A stretch of 64,000 bases of DNA from Bacteroidales bacterium (GCA_038213495.1 JBBQSY010000005.1:1742-65741), one strand, 5' to 3'; shown: positions 10,742 through 22,423, counted from the first letter of the stretch. Numbers and translations are program-made. The notes: generated by a model from the letters alone, not told the origin.

Positions 10742-12502
10742 TTATCCGTTTACTCTTACGTACGCTTTAATTGTCGCACACTCCTTACCTTCTGATTCAC
10801 CAAAAGGTCTGATGGTATATTCTCCAACTACGGCGGGTACTATAAATGTTTCTGCATAATGAACAATAAAAGGGTCAAATAAGCCAACGGGGCTCTCCAC
10901 TATAATTTCACGGCCTTCAACCAGGGCCAACACATTTAAGCCTTCATTTGTGTGGTGAAGCACTTTATTTGTGAACCAATGGCGTCTGGTTTCAATAAAT
11001 TCCCGTTTGTGAAGTCCTGTTTTTTCCTCGCGCCACCCGTCACCTTTACTGATTACTTCAATTTTATTTACAAGGTTATTTTCGACCCATTGAGTGGTCC
11101 TGTTCCATTTTATATTCTGAATCCCGTGATCTATATTAATAGGCCTGGGCCTGCCGTCCATGCCAAGCCGTCCCCAATCCCAAAGCTTAAAAGTGAAAAT
11201 GTAGGGGGTGGCGCTGATTTCGAGTACCAGACAGCCTTTACCGGAGCAATGGATCGTTCCTCCCGGAATTAAAAAATGATCGTGTTTTTTAGCCGGCCAT
11301 TTCTGAATATAAACTGTATCGTTAAAATTTGTAGAATTAGTATCTGAATCCCTTAAAGCCTCTATCATACTTTCCGGTTCAATTCCTTCTTTTATTCCAA
11401 GGTATACACTGGCTTCAGTATCAGCTTCCAGAATGTAATAGCTTTCATCCTGTGTATAATTGATGCCAAATTTCTCCTGTATATATTCGGTAACAGGATG
11501 CACCTGAACACTGAGATTTCCACCTTTTATTGTATCCAGAAAATCGAACCGTATAGGAAACTCATCTCCAAATCGTGCATGGACAGCGTCGCCAAGCAGT
11601 TCAACAGGTTTTGAAAAAGTCAGGTTTATGGCCGGAGTTTCAAACCTCGTTTCACCGAATCGGAGGTAAATACTGTTTTCTTCCGGAATACAATTGAAAC
11701 ACCAGGCATAATTCTCCAAATCTTTGTCCAGATCAAAGGTTTCTTTCATCCACTGTCCTCCCCATGGGCCGGCATCAAAAAACGGTACCACACTGAAAGG
11801 CCTGCTGACCGTTTGTTTCATTCCCTCCGAAAAAGCATCTGATGAAATCATGACAGGACTGTTTTTCAGGTTTGAATCGAGAATATAATTCCACTTGCCT
11901 ATGATTTTTTTCTTGAGCCTGTCGCATACTCTCCAGTCCACAAAATAGGCTCTTTTGTATTGGCTCTCGAAATTCTCATCGGAATTCGTAATCCCTAGGT
12001 TACAGACTTCATGCCTTTTCATTCGATGCTGAATTTCCCACCGGGCCATATCAGCATAGATCAGCAAGTCTGAATCCGGAAAAATCATCGCTGCTCCTGC
12101 ACCATAAATAAGAATTGTACCATTTTCTTTTGAGAGAATTTTAGTTCTCAAAGTAACCAATTTTTCAGGATCATAAAAGTCTTCCATATTCAGCCTGGTG
12201 ATATACCCGAATATTCTGTCGTCAGTGACATCAGGAAATGTAATCTTTCGGATTTCGTCTTCAGGAAGCATGGCTTCCGATGTCAGAAAAGCACTATCAG
12301 GAGATAAGCCTTCAACAAGTGAACCAAATACTTCATCATTATTAATCCCTTGGTAACATTCAACTACAATTATTTTTTTTGGCTTGGAATTTTCAGATAA
12401 TTCCTTATTCAATTGATTAATAATGGTTTCCCAACCGGCGAAAAAGTCTTTTTCCTTGCCTTTTACCTGCACTTCCGGACTTTTATTGAAATTTGGAATC
12501 AA
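10742..12502 (-). CDS. Class I mannose-6-phosphate isomerase-like cupin protein with N-terminal extension
   Basis: PWGGQW, FLDT..GGNLSVQVHP, YTQDESYY, IPGGTIH and EISATP metal-binding cupin motifs; TTG start. Confidence 0.85.
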   Translation of the reverse strand: MIPNFNKSPEVQVKGKEKDFFAGWETIINQLNKELSENSKPKKIIVVECYQGINNDEVFGSLVEGLSPDSAFLTSEAMLPEDEIRKITFPDVTDDRIFGYITRLNMEDFYDPEKLVTLRTKILSKENGTILIYGAGAAMIFPDSDLLIYADMARWEIQHRMKRHEVCNLGITNSDENFESQYKRAYFVDWRVCDRLKKKIIGKWNYILDSNLKNSPVMISSDAFSEGMKQTVSRPFSVVPFFDAGPWGGQWMKETFDLDKDLENYAWCFNCIPEENSIYLRFGETRFETPAINLTFSKPVELLGDAVHARFGDEFPIRFDFLDTIKGGNLSVQVHPVTEYIQEKFGINYTQDESYYILEADTEASVYLGIKEGIEPESMIEALRDSDTNSTNFNDTVYIQKWPAKKHDHFLIPGGTIHCSGKGCLVLEISATPYIFTFKLWDWGRLGMDGRPRPINIDHGIQNIKWNRTTQWVENNLVNKIEVISKGDGWREEKTGLHKREFIETRRHWFTNKVLHHTNEGLNVLALVEGREIIVESPVGLFDPFIVHYAETFIVPAVVGEYTIRPFGESEGKECATIKAYVRVNG

Positions 12503-12578
12503 ATCTTTATTTTTTTAAGATGGACTAAAATATTTCTTAAGCATAATTTTATCAACAGGCACTAGTCGCTATTTATCT

Positions 12579-15311
12579 TTACTCTGTCACCGGGGGTAAA
12601 TTTTCGATGCCCCATCTTTTATTTGGTTGATCTCCTAACCATATTTCAAGTTTTCCTCCTTTAGCAAATTCTTCGTGCGTAAACCAAAAGTTATTCCATT
12701 GCTTTCCATTCAGCCGTGTACTCTGAATGAACGAATTCGCCTGTGAATTGTCGTGGGTTAGTATTGTAAACAACTTACCGCTGTAATACCGGGGATCGAG
12801 TCTTAGTGTAATGCTGTCGAATACAGGACTGGTTATTTCGTAAACCGGTGTTGCGGAAACATTTCCCTGTAAGCTGAATAATCCAATGGACATTAAAGCA
12901 CTTAAGGCACCCATCTGTCCCTGGTCCTCATCGTGCCCCCCATAGCCCAGGTCTGGTGTAACTCCGCCGTAAGCCTGTTCCTTTACTTTTCTTACCCAAT
13001 ACTGTGTCAGCCAGGGTTTTCCTGCATAATTAAATACATGAGCATTTGATAATCCAGGCTGGTTTGCATAGCTGACATACCCGTCATTATAATCAAAAAC
13101 AAAATCCTGGGGTGCCGCTTTTTCAAATGCGTAATTCAACTTGAAGCATAGATTGTCATTACCACCCATTAATGCAGCTAAACCCGGAATATCATGTGAT
13201 ACACCCCATGTTGCCTGCCAGGCATTGGCTTCGATCCAGCCTGCGCCACTCAATGGATCATTGTGAATAAAAGCACCGTTACTATCTTTAGGAAATAACA
13301 GGCTTTGGGACGGATTGAAACAAGCTTTCCATCCCTGTGATCTCCTGGAGAAATATTTGTAATCCTGTTTTTTACCAAGTTTGTATGCCATTTGAGCGAC
13401 AGCCCAGTCCTGGAAAGCGGCTTCAATAGTGATGCCTGCATTATCCTTCCACCAACCATGTTTTATATAAAAGGCTATATCCTCTTTATTGCCGAGCATT
13501 CCTCCGGGCATCTGGTTTCTCTTGAGTACTTCAAAGGCATGGTTTGCATCCACCTTTGTTAGCATGCCTTTTTGAAAAGTTCCTGCAACCAGGTTAGCCG
13601 ACGGATCACCGGTCATAATATAGGAATATCCGCCGCCTGAGGGACCACGCGGTAACAACCCGCCATTATCGGCATATTGTATCATGGATGAAGACAATTC
13701 ATCCTGCACTTCCGGCCAGCCTAATCCCCATAAAATATTGAGATTCCATTGCGTCAGCCAGAAGGCATCAGAACTGTACATATTAAACTTAAGCTTCCCG
13801 TTACTGTCTTTAGAAACCTGCCTGACTTTAAAAACAGCTTCGGTAAAATTACCTTCCCGCTTACCGGTGGTTCTGTCAGGATAATCTCCTGACACATCAT
13901 TAATCTTCTGACGGCCCAGAAGCACATGCCATAAGTCGGTATAAAACTTGATCTTCTGATCAATAGATCCTCCATAAACATCAATCTTTCCCAGCCAATC
14001 ATTCCATACCTGCCTTGTTTCATCCTGTATGGCATCAAAATCCCATGAAGAGCATTCGGCCACGAGATTATTACGTGCATTCTCAATACTTGTGTAAGAT
14101 ATTGCCACCTTCATTTTTATTTCATCCCCTGCTTTTACATCATATTTTGCTGAAACTCCTATGCTATCTCCTTTTAGCTCATTCAGGTTATTTAATAATG
14201 TTGTCCCTCTCCACCCATCGAATGATTTAACTGTTTTGTTAAATTGTACTATAAAGTAAACCCTTACATCTTTTGGTCCTCCCCAAAAGCGACTAACAGA
14301 ACTAAAAGAGCCTTCAAATTCTTTTTCATTATTTATTTTAACAGCGGCATTGGCCATAGTGCTGTTACACATATATCCGGCCAGGTTTATCAGAATTTGT
14401 GTCGGCATTTCCTTTGTATACCTGAAACGATAAAAACTAACTCTTTCAGTAGCAGTTAATTCTACCCAGGTACCTGGTTGTTTCAGGTAGATTCGCTGAT
14501 ATCCCGGTTGCACCAACTCGTCATCATGGCTAAATTCTGATTTCCATGCCTTTTCTCCCCCGGTTGGATTAACAGTATTGGCAGCCGGCATTATTTCAAT
14601 CCCCGACAACATCCAGCTATGTATTTGTCCAAAGCCTAATACTTCTTTCTCATTATAATTATATCCACCACCGTTCTGATTTTTGTTTCTGGTATGTGGA
14701 GCTGCTCCTATCATTCCAAAAGGCCTGGCACCGGTTATAAAGAAAATATAACGCCCCCTGTTAGTTTCAATATACGGATCAACCCACCCTACATAGTCTG
14801 TTTTCAGTGAACGGGCAGGATACACTTCAATTTCGGAAAATCCAAGGTCCTTACCCTTGCCATCGGTGGTAATAAAACGAACTGAGGTAATATTTTTAGT
14901 TTCAAACTTCACCAGTTTAACTGTACCATCATTTGGAATTTCATCTACCCAGACTTCGCTCCCATCACTAAAAACAAGTTTACCGCTTGCAATATGCTCA
15001 TCTAATGAAGGCCTGTCAAAGAGAAGTATTTTATCAATAGCCTGAGGGTGATCCCAATCCAGTTGTATCCATGGAAAACGCACGTAGCCCCAATCGGTTG
15101 TAACCCCTTCACAGGCCCATTCTCCTTTGTTTGTAACTCCAATCAGTCCATCCTTAACATTGTCGGCGTTAAACTGGTTGTTTAAAATTGAAGATGCGGT
15201 AACTTTTGCAAAAGAAGCTATATTATCAGTCCCGGCTATAGTATTCAGATTCGAGATAGCCAGGAATAGTACTATGCTGATTTGATTGATTTTTTTTATC
15301 ACCATATTCAT
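12579..15311 (-). CDS. GH92 alpha-mannosidase with N-terminal discoidin-like module
   Basis: VDPYI, RPFGM, QPGY, FYT.L.H, E.NAWQ, YANQP, DEDQGQM.A, GLF motifs of GH92; N-terminal A.VTASS...N..DG...W domain. Confidence 0.92.
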   Translation of the reverse strand: MNMVIKKINQISIVLFLAISNLNTIAGTDNIASFAKVTASSILNNQFNADNVKDGLIGVTNKGEWACEGVTTDWGYVRFPWIQLDWDHPQAIDKILLFDRPSLDEHIASGKLVFSDGSEVWVDEIPNDGTVKLVKFETKNITSVRFITTDGKGKDLGFSEIEVYPARSLKTDYVGWVDPYIETNRGRYIFFITGARPFGMIGAAPHTRNKNQNGGGYNYNEKEVLGFGQIHSWMLSGIEIMPAANTVNPTGGEKAWKSEFSHDDELVQPGYQRIYLKQPGTWVELTATERVSFYRFRYTKEMPTQILINLAGYMCNSTMANAAVKINNEKEFEGSFSSVSRFWGGPKDVRVYFIVQFNKTVKSFDGWRGTTLLNNLNELKGDSIGVSAKYDVKAGDEIKMKVAISYTSIENARNNLVAECSSWDFDAIQDETRQVWNDWLGKIDVYGGSIDQKIKFYTDLWHVLLGRQKINDVSGDYPDRTTGKREGNFTEAVFKVRQVSKDSNGKLKFNMYSSDAFWLTQWNLNILWGLGWPEVQDELSSSMIQYADNGGLLPRGPSGGGYSYIMTGDPSANLVAGTFQKGMLTKVDANHAFEVLKRNQMPGGMLGNKEDIAFYIKHGWWKDNAGITIEAAFQDWAVAQMAYKLGKKQDYKYFSRRSQGWKACFNPSQSLLFPKDSNGAFIHNDPLSGAGWIEANAWQATWGVSHDIPGLAALMGGNDNLCFKLNYAFEKAAPQDFVFDYNDGYVSYANQPGLSNAHVFNYAGKPWLTQYWVRKVKEQAYGGVTPDLGYGGHDEDQGQMGALSALMSIGLFSLQGNVSATPVYEITSPVFDSITLRLDPRYYSGKLFTILTHDNSQANSFIQSTRLNGKQWNNFWFTHEEFAKGGKLEIWLGDQPNKRWGIENLPPVTE

Positions 15312-15572
15312 TTGTTTAGTAATGATCTCCTGATTTTAAATGGTATGAATCATATAGTACAGCTAAGGGAAATGTGGTCTGATCGGTGTAAAAAGAGAGC
15401 TTATTGAAGTGATTTAATGGCTTATTTTTACTAATTAAGAGCGAATACGTATGGCTAAAGCTTCAGGATGTTTTTTCTCATATTGCTTTTCTGTTAGTAT
15501 AAGAAATTAAAATGTTCCATCTCTTTTTTATGACTAATGCGTTTTCTTACGTCATATGTGTAAAAAAGCGTT

Positions 15573-17018
15573 TTAATACCCATCATTTTGCTTTAAATTC
15601 CTGTTATTATCCAATTCACGCTGGGGAATGGGAAACAGGTAATTGCTTTCGGTAGGGTTTGCTGCGTCTCCTTTGGCTCTCTTCACGCTTTCAATTAAAG
15701 TTCCGGTTCGCACCAGGTCATACCAGCGTTGTCCTTCATTTACAAATTCATGCCGACGTTCGTTAAGTACTGCCGCCCTGAAAGTGTCATGATCCAGTCC
15801 AAGCAAATCCGGAAGCACATCGCTTATTCCGTTTCTTGCCCGATTTCGGACCTGGTTAATGGCGTCATATGCTTCAGCTGTAGGGCCGCTGTTTGCTTCA
15901 TTAAGGGCTTCTGCATAAATAAGTAGAATCTCAGAATAGCGCATTACCATAAAATCAGCACCAGATTGACTTGTGGCAGCCGGTTTATAGGCATCCTGAT
16001 CCCAATACTTCCAGATGTGTGGCTCAAAAGCGTATGACCAATAATTGTCGAAGAAAGTCACCTCTTTCCGGTGGTCACCGGTTTCAAAACTAGTTAACAG
16101 GTCCTGGGTTGGCAACATGATTTCGACCCCGGCGTTAAACAATCCTTGTATGCCGGGAAGGCCTGAAAGGACCATCTGCGAATTTTCAATGGTTGATTTT
16201 TTATAGAATTGCACTTCGAACACTGATTCTTTGCCGTTTTTATTTGCCTCTTTAAAATTACCGGCATAATCGGCGTGAAGGCTATATACATTCGACTCCA
16301 TGACTCTGGCAGCTGTCAGGCTTGCGTTTACCCACTCTTTTCTTGTGAGGTAAACTTTCGATAGCAGTCCTAAAGAAGCACCACTTGTTGACCGGCCTTT
16401 ATCGTTTGCATTCGTGTATCTGGCTGGTAATGTTGCTGCTGCCTGGTTTAAATCTTCAACTATCAATGAATAAATAGCATCTACAGAAGATTTTGCAGGA
16501 TAAATTTCTTCACTGTTCAAATCAGGGGAAACCGGCACTGTAACCAGAGGTACTTCTCCAAATAACCTGACCAGGTTGAAATAGTACAAAGCCCTCAAGA
16601 ACCGGGCTTCTCCTGTGATTCGGTCTCTTTTAACTGAATCCATCCTGATTCCAGGTACTTTTTCAAGTACAACATTTGCCCTGCTGATTCCCAGGTAAGA
16701 ACTCTGCCATATCCTGGCCAGGTAATTATTCGAGGCTTGTATTTTGTATGTGTTAAACTCATGAAGGTTCGGATCATTCAAGGTTGCCCGTGCGCTGCAG
16801 TCGTCGGATCCAATGTCCTGTATCAGCCAAAGATAGCTTGAATACAGGTTTACGGAGCCCAGCACATCGTACACTGAATTCACCGCGCTCAGGGCGTCTT
16901 CTTCGCTCTGATAAAAATTGTCGTAATATATCTGATGCGGAGCCAGTTCGAGTTCTTTTTTACATGATGTGGCTATCACCAGGAAGATAAGGACTGTTAT
17001 AACTAATATGTATTTCAT
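15573..17018 (-). CDS. SusD/RagB family lipoprotein
   Basis: Lipobox ATSC, GEARFLRALYYFNLVRLFG.VP, MRYSEILLIYAEA, ERRHEF..EGQRWYDLVR, FPIP..E...N.NL.QN.GY. Confidence 0.96.
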   Translation of the reverse strand: MKYILVITVLIFLVIATSCKKELELAPHQIYYDNFYQSEEDALSAVNSVYDVLGSVNLYSSYLWLIQDIGSDDCSARATLNDPNLHEFNTYKIQASNNYLARIWQSSYLGISRANVVLEKVPGIRMDSVKRDRITGEARFLRALYYFNLVRLFGEVPLVTVPVSPDLNSEEIYPAKSSVDAIYSLIVEDLNQAAATLPARYTNANDKGRSTSGASLGLLSKVYLTRKEWVNASLTAARVMESNVYSLHADYAGNFKEANKNGKESVFEVQFYKKSTIENSQMVLSGLPGIQGLFNAGVEIMLPTQDLLTSFETGDHRKEVTFFDNYWSYAFEPHIWKYWDQDAYKPAATSQSGADFMVMRYSEILLIYAEALNEANSGPTAEAYDAINQVRNRARNGISDVLPDLLGLDHDTFRAAVLNERRHEFVNEGQRWYDLVRTGTLIESVKRAKGDAANPTESNYLFPIPQRELDNNRNLKQNDGY

Positions 17019-17045
17019 GGTTTGCAAATTTGTAATGTCTTAAAA

Positions 17046-20000
17046 TTAAAAATTGATGCTAGCGCCGAAAATCAATGTGCGCACCGAAGGATATGAACCA
17101 AAATCGTACCCCATACGGGTATTATCCATGCCAAATGATCCTACTTCCGGATCAAACCCACTGTATTTTGTAAGAGTGAAAAAATTCTGAGCCGTAACAT
17201 AAACTTTTACCTTTTTCATTTTCAGATAATTCATCAGGCGTTCAGGCAGGTCATAAGCCAGGGTGATCGTTTTTACACGAATGTACGAGCCATCCTCCAG
17301 GTATCTGTCCGACATATGCAGGTATTCAGCATTACGATTAGCCCGGGGATATAGATTACTGGGATTCTCAGGTGTCCACCTGTCGAGTAATTTAACAGAA
17401 GCATTTGATAATCCATTGCCCGATTCCAGTTCAAAGCGATTGCTGTTGAGTATCTGGTTTCCCTGGCTTGCCTGCAGAAAAATATCGAGAGTTATATTTT
17501 TGAAAGAGAAACTGTTACTCAGTCCCCATGTAAAATCAGGCAAAGCATGCCCGATAATTCCGCAATCATCAGCATTTATTTTTCCATCATTATTCTTGTC
17601 AACATATTTGAAATCCCCGGGCTTGCTGCCATAAACGGAGGCTTCTTCCGCTTCATCAGTCTGCCATATTCCATCAGAAACCAAACCATAAAAACTTCCC
17701 ATCTCTTCTCCTTCTCTGATAACGGCCCAATTGCCAATTTTTAATTTATAAGTATCATTATTAATGTAGAGTTCGGTGCCTTTCAAATCAGTGATTTTAT
17801 TTCTGTTAAAGGAAATATTGGCTGTTGTGTTCCATTTGAAGTCAGTTTTTAGGAAGTTGATGGTATTCAGGGCAAATTCGAGTCCTGTATTTTTTAACCG
17901 GCCAATATTTTTAAGGTACGAGTTGTAGCCCGTTGCCCATGGCAGGTTAAAATAATACAGCAGGTCGGAAGTTTCCTTGTTATAATAATCTATTGTGAAT
18001 CCTATCCTGTTCTTAATGAAACCAATATCAAGTCCGGCATCCACTTGCCGTGTTGTTTCCCACTTTAAATTATCGTTTCCGGGATTATCAGGTGCAAATC
18101 CTGTTGCTGCAAAGGAGTTGTTGAAATAATAAACGGAGGAAGATATTGTTCGTATAAAAGCATAATTGGCTATGCGGTCATTCCCGCTGATGCCATAACT
18201 GATCCTGGCTTTGAGATTGGAAATCTGGTCAATATTCTTCAAAAAGTCTTCTTCCGATGCTCTCCAGGCAAATGCGGCTGATGGGAAAACAGCATACCTG
18301 TTGTTAGCACCAAATCTTGACGACCCATCAACACGGCCTGTTACCGTAAACAGGTACTTTTCTTTAACATTATAATTTACCCTGCCCAGATAGGATACAA
18401 CTGATGATTCACTGAATGAAGAATATATGGTAGGCAGATTTGTTGCGTTCTGAATGCCATAATATTCTAATATGTCGTTGGGAAACCCGGTAGCAATATC
18501 AATAAAGGTGCGTGAATTGTTTCTCTGATAAGTGAACCCGGCAACCGCATTTATTTTGTGTATTGTATTAAATGTTTTATTATAAGTAAGAAGGTTCTCA
18601 AAAATCTGGGTTTCAAAATCACTTGAAACAAACCGGGCCTGTCCGTCATTAAACGAACCCGAATAAACATACCGGGGCGTGTACATATCCTGTAATGAGT
18701 GATACAAATCCACTCCTAAACTTGTCCGGAATTTAATATCTTTCAGGATTGAGTATTCCACGTAAGCATTTCCAAGCAAGCGGTTGGCTTTATCAATGGC
18801 TTTAACATCCCTGGTAACGGCGACCGGGTTGTCAAGCCATGCGTCAGCATTGGGATCTGTTAATGTATACTCTCCACTGACATCATAAACAGGCAGTGCC
18901 GGATTAAAGATAAGCGATGTATTTACAACCCCGGGGAAAAACCCACCCGGAGTATCGGTTGGTACGGTATTCGACTTGGTTTGGGTGAAACTGAGGTTAC
19001 AACCGGCACTTAATTTGTCGATGATCTTTCTGTCGAGGTTCATTCTGAAAGAATATCGTTTAAAATCAGATCCGTAGATAATTCCTCCCTGGTTGTAATA
19101 ACCGGAACTCAATGCATAGGTAGTCTTTTCATTGCTTCCCGAAAAATTCAATTGATAGTTTTGGATCGGAGCCATTCTGTATATTTCTGATTGCCAATCG
19201 GTGCCGGTGCCCAAACTATCCGGATTCGGATATACCGGTATATAAAAAGCAGTGTCTGCGTTATATCCGGCTTCATCATAGAGTCTGGCGAATTGCGAAG
19301 CGTTCATAACATTAATATCCTTTGCTTTTTTCTGCACACCAAAATAGGTTTCAAATGTGATATTATCACGTCCGCTCTTTCCTCGTTTAGTAGTGATAAG
19401 AACTACGCCATTAGCGCCTCTGGCTCCATAAATGGAGGTTGCTGAAGCATCTTTCAATATTTCCATGGATTCAATGTCATTCGGATTGATTGAGCTGAGT
19501 CCGTTTTGAGAGGGTGAGCCTATCCACGACATATCAACCTGGCTTTCGATAAGTACTCCATCAATTACATACAAAGGTTCATTTCCGGCCATTATGGAGT
19601 TGCCTCCACGTATTCGTAGCGACATGGCGCCCCCCGGCTGTGATGACAGCTGGGTTACCTGTACTCCCGAAACTTTGCCCTGTATACCCTGGTCGAATGA
19701 ATTAACGGGTATTTTCTTCAAATCATCAGTGCGGATAGAAGCAACAGAACCGGTAAGGTCACTCTTTTTTACAGAACCATATCCAATCACAACTACCTCG
19801 TCAAGATTTACCGCTTCGGATTCCATGCTAACGTTAATTACATTCGAAGCTGTGACAGGGAGTTCAATGGCCTTCATCCCGATGAAAGTGAACCCCAGCA
19901 GTTTGGCACTCTCATTGATTTTCAGGCTGTATGTCCCATTCATATCAGTGGTTGTGCCAATAGATGTGCCTTTTACCAAAATGGTTACTCCAGGTATCGA

Positions 20001-20105
20001 CTTGCCATCCGAAGCATCAGTTACTGTGCCCGAAATTGTCCGCTGTTGTCCGTAAACTGCTGCAGCTGACAGAAAAATGATGAAATAAATGATTGCTATT
20101 TTCAT
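17046..20105 (-). CDS. SusC/RagA TonB-dependent transporter
   Basis: LDEVVVIGYG, LKDASATSIYGARGANGVVLITTK, LKWETT, YLEDGSYIRVK, C-terminal F. Confidence 0.97.
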   Translation of the reverse strand: MKIAIIYFIIFLSAAAVYGQQRTISGTVTDASDGKSIPGVTILVKGTSIGTTTDMNGTYSLKINESAKLLGFTFIGMKAIELPVTASNVINVSMESEAVNLDEVVVIGYGSVKKSDLTGSVASIRTDDLKKIPVNSFDQGIQGKVSGVQVTQLSSQPGGAMSLRIRGGNSIMAGNEPLYVIDGVLIESQVDMSWIGSPSQNGLSSINPNDIESMEILKDASATSIYGARGANGVVLITTKRGKSGRDNITFETYFGVQKKAKDINVMNASQFARLYDEAGYNADTAFYIPVYPNPDSLGTGTDWQSEIYRMAPIQNYQLNFSGSNEKTTYALSSGYYNQGGIIYGSDFKRYSFRMNLDRKIIDKLSAGCNLSFTQTKSNTVPTDTPGGFFPGVVNTSLIFNPALPVYDVSGEYTLTDPNADAWLDNPVAVTRDVKAIDKANRLLGNAYVEYSILKDIKFRTSLGVDLYHSLQDMYTPRYVYSGSFNDGQARFVSSDFETQIFENLLTYNKTFNTIHKINAVAGFTYQRNNSRTFIDIATGFPNDILEYYGIQNATNLPTIYSSFSESSVVSYLGRVNYNVKEKYLFTVTGRVDGSSRFGANNRYAVFPSAAFAWRASEEDFLKNIDQISNLKARISYGISGNDRIANYAFIRTISSSVYYFNNSFAATGFAPDNPGNDNLKWETTRQVDAGLDIGFIKNRIGFTIDYYNKETSDLLYYFNLPWATGYNSYLKNIGRLKNTGLEFALNTINFLKTDFKWNTTANISFNRNKITDLKGTELYINNDTYKLKIGNWAVIREGEEMGSFYGLVSDGIWQTDEAEEASVYGSKPGDFKYVDKNNDGKINADDCGIIGHALPDFTWGLSNSFSFKNITLDIFLQASQGNQILNSNRFELESGNGLSNASVKLLDRWTPENPSNLYPRANRNAEYLHMSDRYLEDGSYIRVKTITLAYDLPERLMNYLKMKKVKVYVTAQNFFTLTKYSGFDPEVGSFGMDNTRMGYDFGSYPSVRTLIFGASINF

Positions 20106-20202
20106 TATGATTACTTGTTTTTATAACTAGTCAGCACATTTGTACAGTTAACACAATTCATCCGATTTGCAGGTATCTGAATTTTTAGACTTCCGGTTAA
20201 GG

Positions 20203-20937
20203 CTAAATTTCCCGCTCACTTTCAATAGTATATACGAAACTGTCGGCCCTGTAATATCCTAAATTATATTCAATTGGCCGGCCCCCCGGATCATACACAT
20301 ATCGCTTCCTTTTCAGAATGGCATCACCCGTATTAATATTAAGTTTATTGGCCAGAAATTTATCTGCCGGCCTGGCAGAGATTTCTTCTTTGGATAATTT
20401 TGCAATTACCGAATGCTCTTTTTCAAGAATTTCATAAAGGGGTTTCGAAAAATCTTCATTACCGGTAAGCCCAACCATAGGATGAAAATAGGAAATGAAA
20501 TAGACAAAAGGATATTCCTCCCTTCCGCGCAAACGGGTCATTTTTAGTATTTTCTTTCCGGCCGGGATTCTGAAAAACTCTGCTATTTCTTCGCTGGCTT
20601 CAATCCAATCGGTGTTGATTTCATAATTTTTAATCTGAATACCTTTAGAATTCATCTCCTGTGTAAAGCTCAGCCAGTTATTTATGCGGGTATCAACGCT
20701 TTGGTCTGCTGCTTTGGTGCCTACTCCTTTTTTGCGGATCAGCAAGCCTTCGTATACAAGCTTATTGGTAGCCTGTCTTACCGTGTTGCGCGAGATGCCT
20801 AATTGTTTGGCAAAATTCACTTCATTGGGGAGAAATTTGCCTTTTTTATACTCCTCTGACGCAATAAGTTCCCGAAGCAGATTTTCAACCTGGGCATGCA
20901 GTGGAATGGAACTTTTATGGTCAATGGTAAAACTCAT
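20203..20937 (-). CDS. GntR family transcriptional regulator (HutC/UTRA type)
   Basis: wHTH LPNE..FAKQLGISRNTVRQA...LV.EGLL.RKKGVGT followed by a UTRA-like domain. Confidence 0.95.
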   Translation of the reverse strand: MSFTIDHKSSIPLHAQVENLLRELIASEEYKKGKFLPNEVNFAKQLGISRNTVRQATNKLVYEGLLIRKKGVGTKAADQSVDTRINNWLSFTQEMNSKGIQIKNYEINTDWIEASEEIAEFFRIPAGKKILKMTRLRGREEYPFVYFISYFHPMVGLTGNEDFSKPLYEILEKEHSVIAKLSKEEISARPADKFLANKLNINTGDAILKRKRYVYDPGGRPIEYNLGYYRADSFVYTIESEREI

Positions 20938-20999
20938 TTTTTAGTTTTTTGATATTAAGTTGATCACACATATATGAAGATAAGTGCCTGAACTACTTT

Positions 21000-22346
21000 T
21001 TAGTTTTTAATAAGTTTGAAGCATGAATTATTTATACTATAGCTGTAAACACCACTCTTTAATTTCCTTAGATCAATATCTACATTATAGTTTCCCGGAT
21101 CGAGAATTTTATTGACATAGGATTGTATCTCTTTGCCTTCAACGGTATTTAACTTTAGGCTCACGAAGCTCCTACTGGTAACAATAAATATAATTTTTGT
21201 AACGAGATCAGCAGGATTCGGATAATTCTGAAACAAAGTTATTTCCCCGGAATTATTTTTTTTTTGAGGAAACTCTTTTGTTGAAACATATGTGGGATCA
21301 ATCATTGTGAAAGGAACCCTTATAAAAAGGGGACGATAGATCTCAACATTAGTAAAGATATCCCAAAAATTTCCGTTTGTATTATAGGATATCAGCAGTT
21401 TATCGCCTTCGTTAAACTGAGCATGCGGGAACGCATTATATGTAAATGTATTGGCATACAGGATAGGAGTTTCGTAAAGAAGCTTTTTGTTAGCCCATGG
21501 GCCCTCAGGTAAAGCGGAGGTGTAGGAGTGAATTTTGGCGGAGAACCAGATTTCCTGGCTGAGAAGCACATATTTAGTATTTAGCCGGAAAACGCCATAC
21601 TCCTGCGATACAGCCTGGGAGCTTATCTTGATTGATTCGGCAGGGTTATTTACCCAGCTGCTACCATTGTAAAATTCCCAGGAACCTGCAATATTTCCTT
21701 CAACTGCACGGGCTATATGAGGATAGGGGATATGGTAAACCGTATCCGTTTCTTTTCTCCCGTAAATATAGGTATAGCCGTTATCGACCAGCACACTGTT
21801 GCCATAGCAAACCCCGTTCAGGTTGTAATAGGGCATTTTCTTCAGATCAACTAATATCAGGTCAGGGTATGAGAAAGAGGCAATATACAGTCCTGAATAT
21901 TTAAAGTTAAATCCCGCCGGACCGTTTGCCAGTACAAATTCCGATAAAAAGATTTTAAGTGTGTCATTCTCCATAAGGCCATGCTCAGGCCAGTACCATG
22001 CTGAATCAGGTTTAACAGAAGGTACAAATGCTGTTGGATTACTAAAAGTGCCGCCGAATAATGCTCTTAGAGAATCTCCATCCTGCAGAACCGCACAATT
22101 ACGGATAAAGGATGATCCGGGAGCAATTGAACTATCCGGATTAACAGTTCCTATGAAACTGTCGCCAAACAGCCATATTGTTTTTTGACCAGGCAACGAA
22201 ATCGAAAATGTTGCATCTCCTGCTATCCAGCCACCGTTATATTTCCTCAGCAGTGAGTTAAAAACTGAGTCAGGCAATACCTGCGAACAGACATAACCGG
22301 ATGTAACAAGCAATAAAAATATAAAACTCAAAAAAGCCTTTCTCAT
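21000..22346 (-). CDS. DUF5005-like beta-propeller protein with T9SS type A sorting domain
   Basis: Paralogous to 8349-9491 (AGDATFSISLP..KTIWLFGDSF, WYWP, YNAFPH, YRP.F); C-terminal LFQNYPNP...SGVY...KLIK. Confidence 0.75.
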   Translation of the reverse strand: MRKAFLSFIFLLLVTSGYVCSQVLPDSVFNSLLRKYNGGWIAGDATFSISLPGQKTIWLFGDSFIGTVNPDSSIAPGSSFIRNCAVLQDGDSLRALFGGTFSNPTAFVPSVKPDSAWYWPEHGLMENDTLKIFLSEFVLANGPAGFNFKYSGLYIASFSYPDLILVDLKKMPYYNLNGVCYGNSVLVDNGYTYIYGRKETDTVYHIPYPHIARAVEGNIAGSWEFYNGSSWVNNPAESIKISSQAVSQEYGVFRLNTKYVLLSQEIWFSAKIHSYTSALPEGPWANKKLLYETPILYANTFTYNAFPHAQFNEGDKLLISYNTNGNFWDIFTNVEIYRPLFIRVPFTMIDPTYVSTKEFPQKKNNSGEITLFQNYPNPADLVTKIIFIVTSRSFVSLKLNTVEGKEIQSYVNKILDPGNYNVDIDLRKLKSGVYSYSINNSCFKLIKN

Positions 22347-22423
22347 CAGAATTGAAAAATTATAACTTCAGATATCTTACCCGTATATAGGTAAAATACC
22401 CGCAGCCGGATTAAACCAAAGGA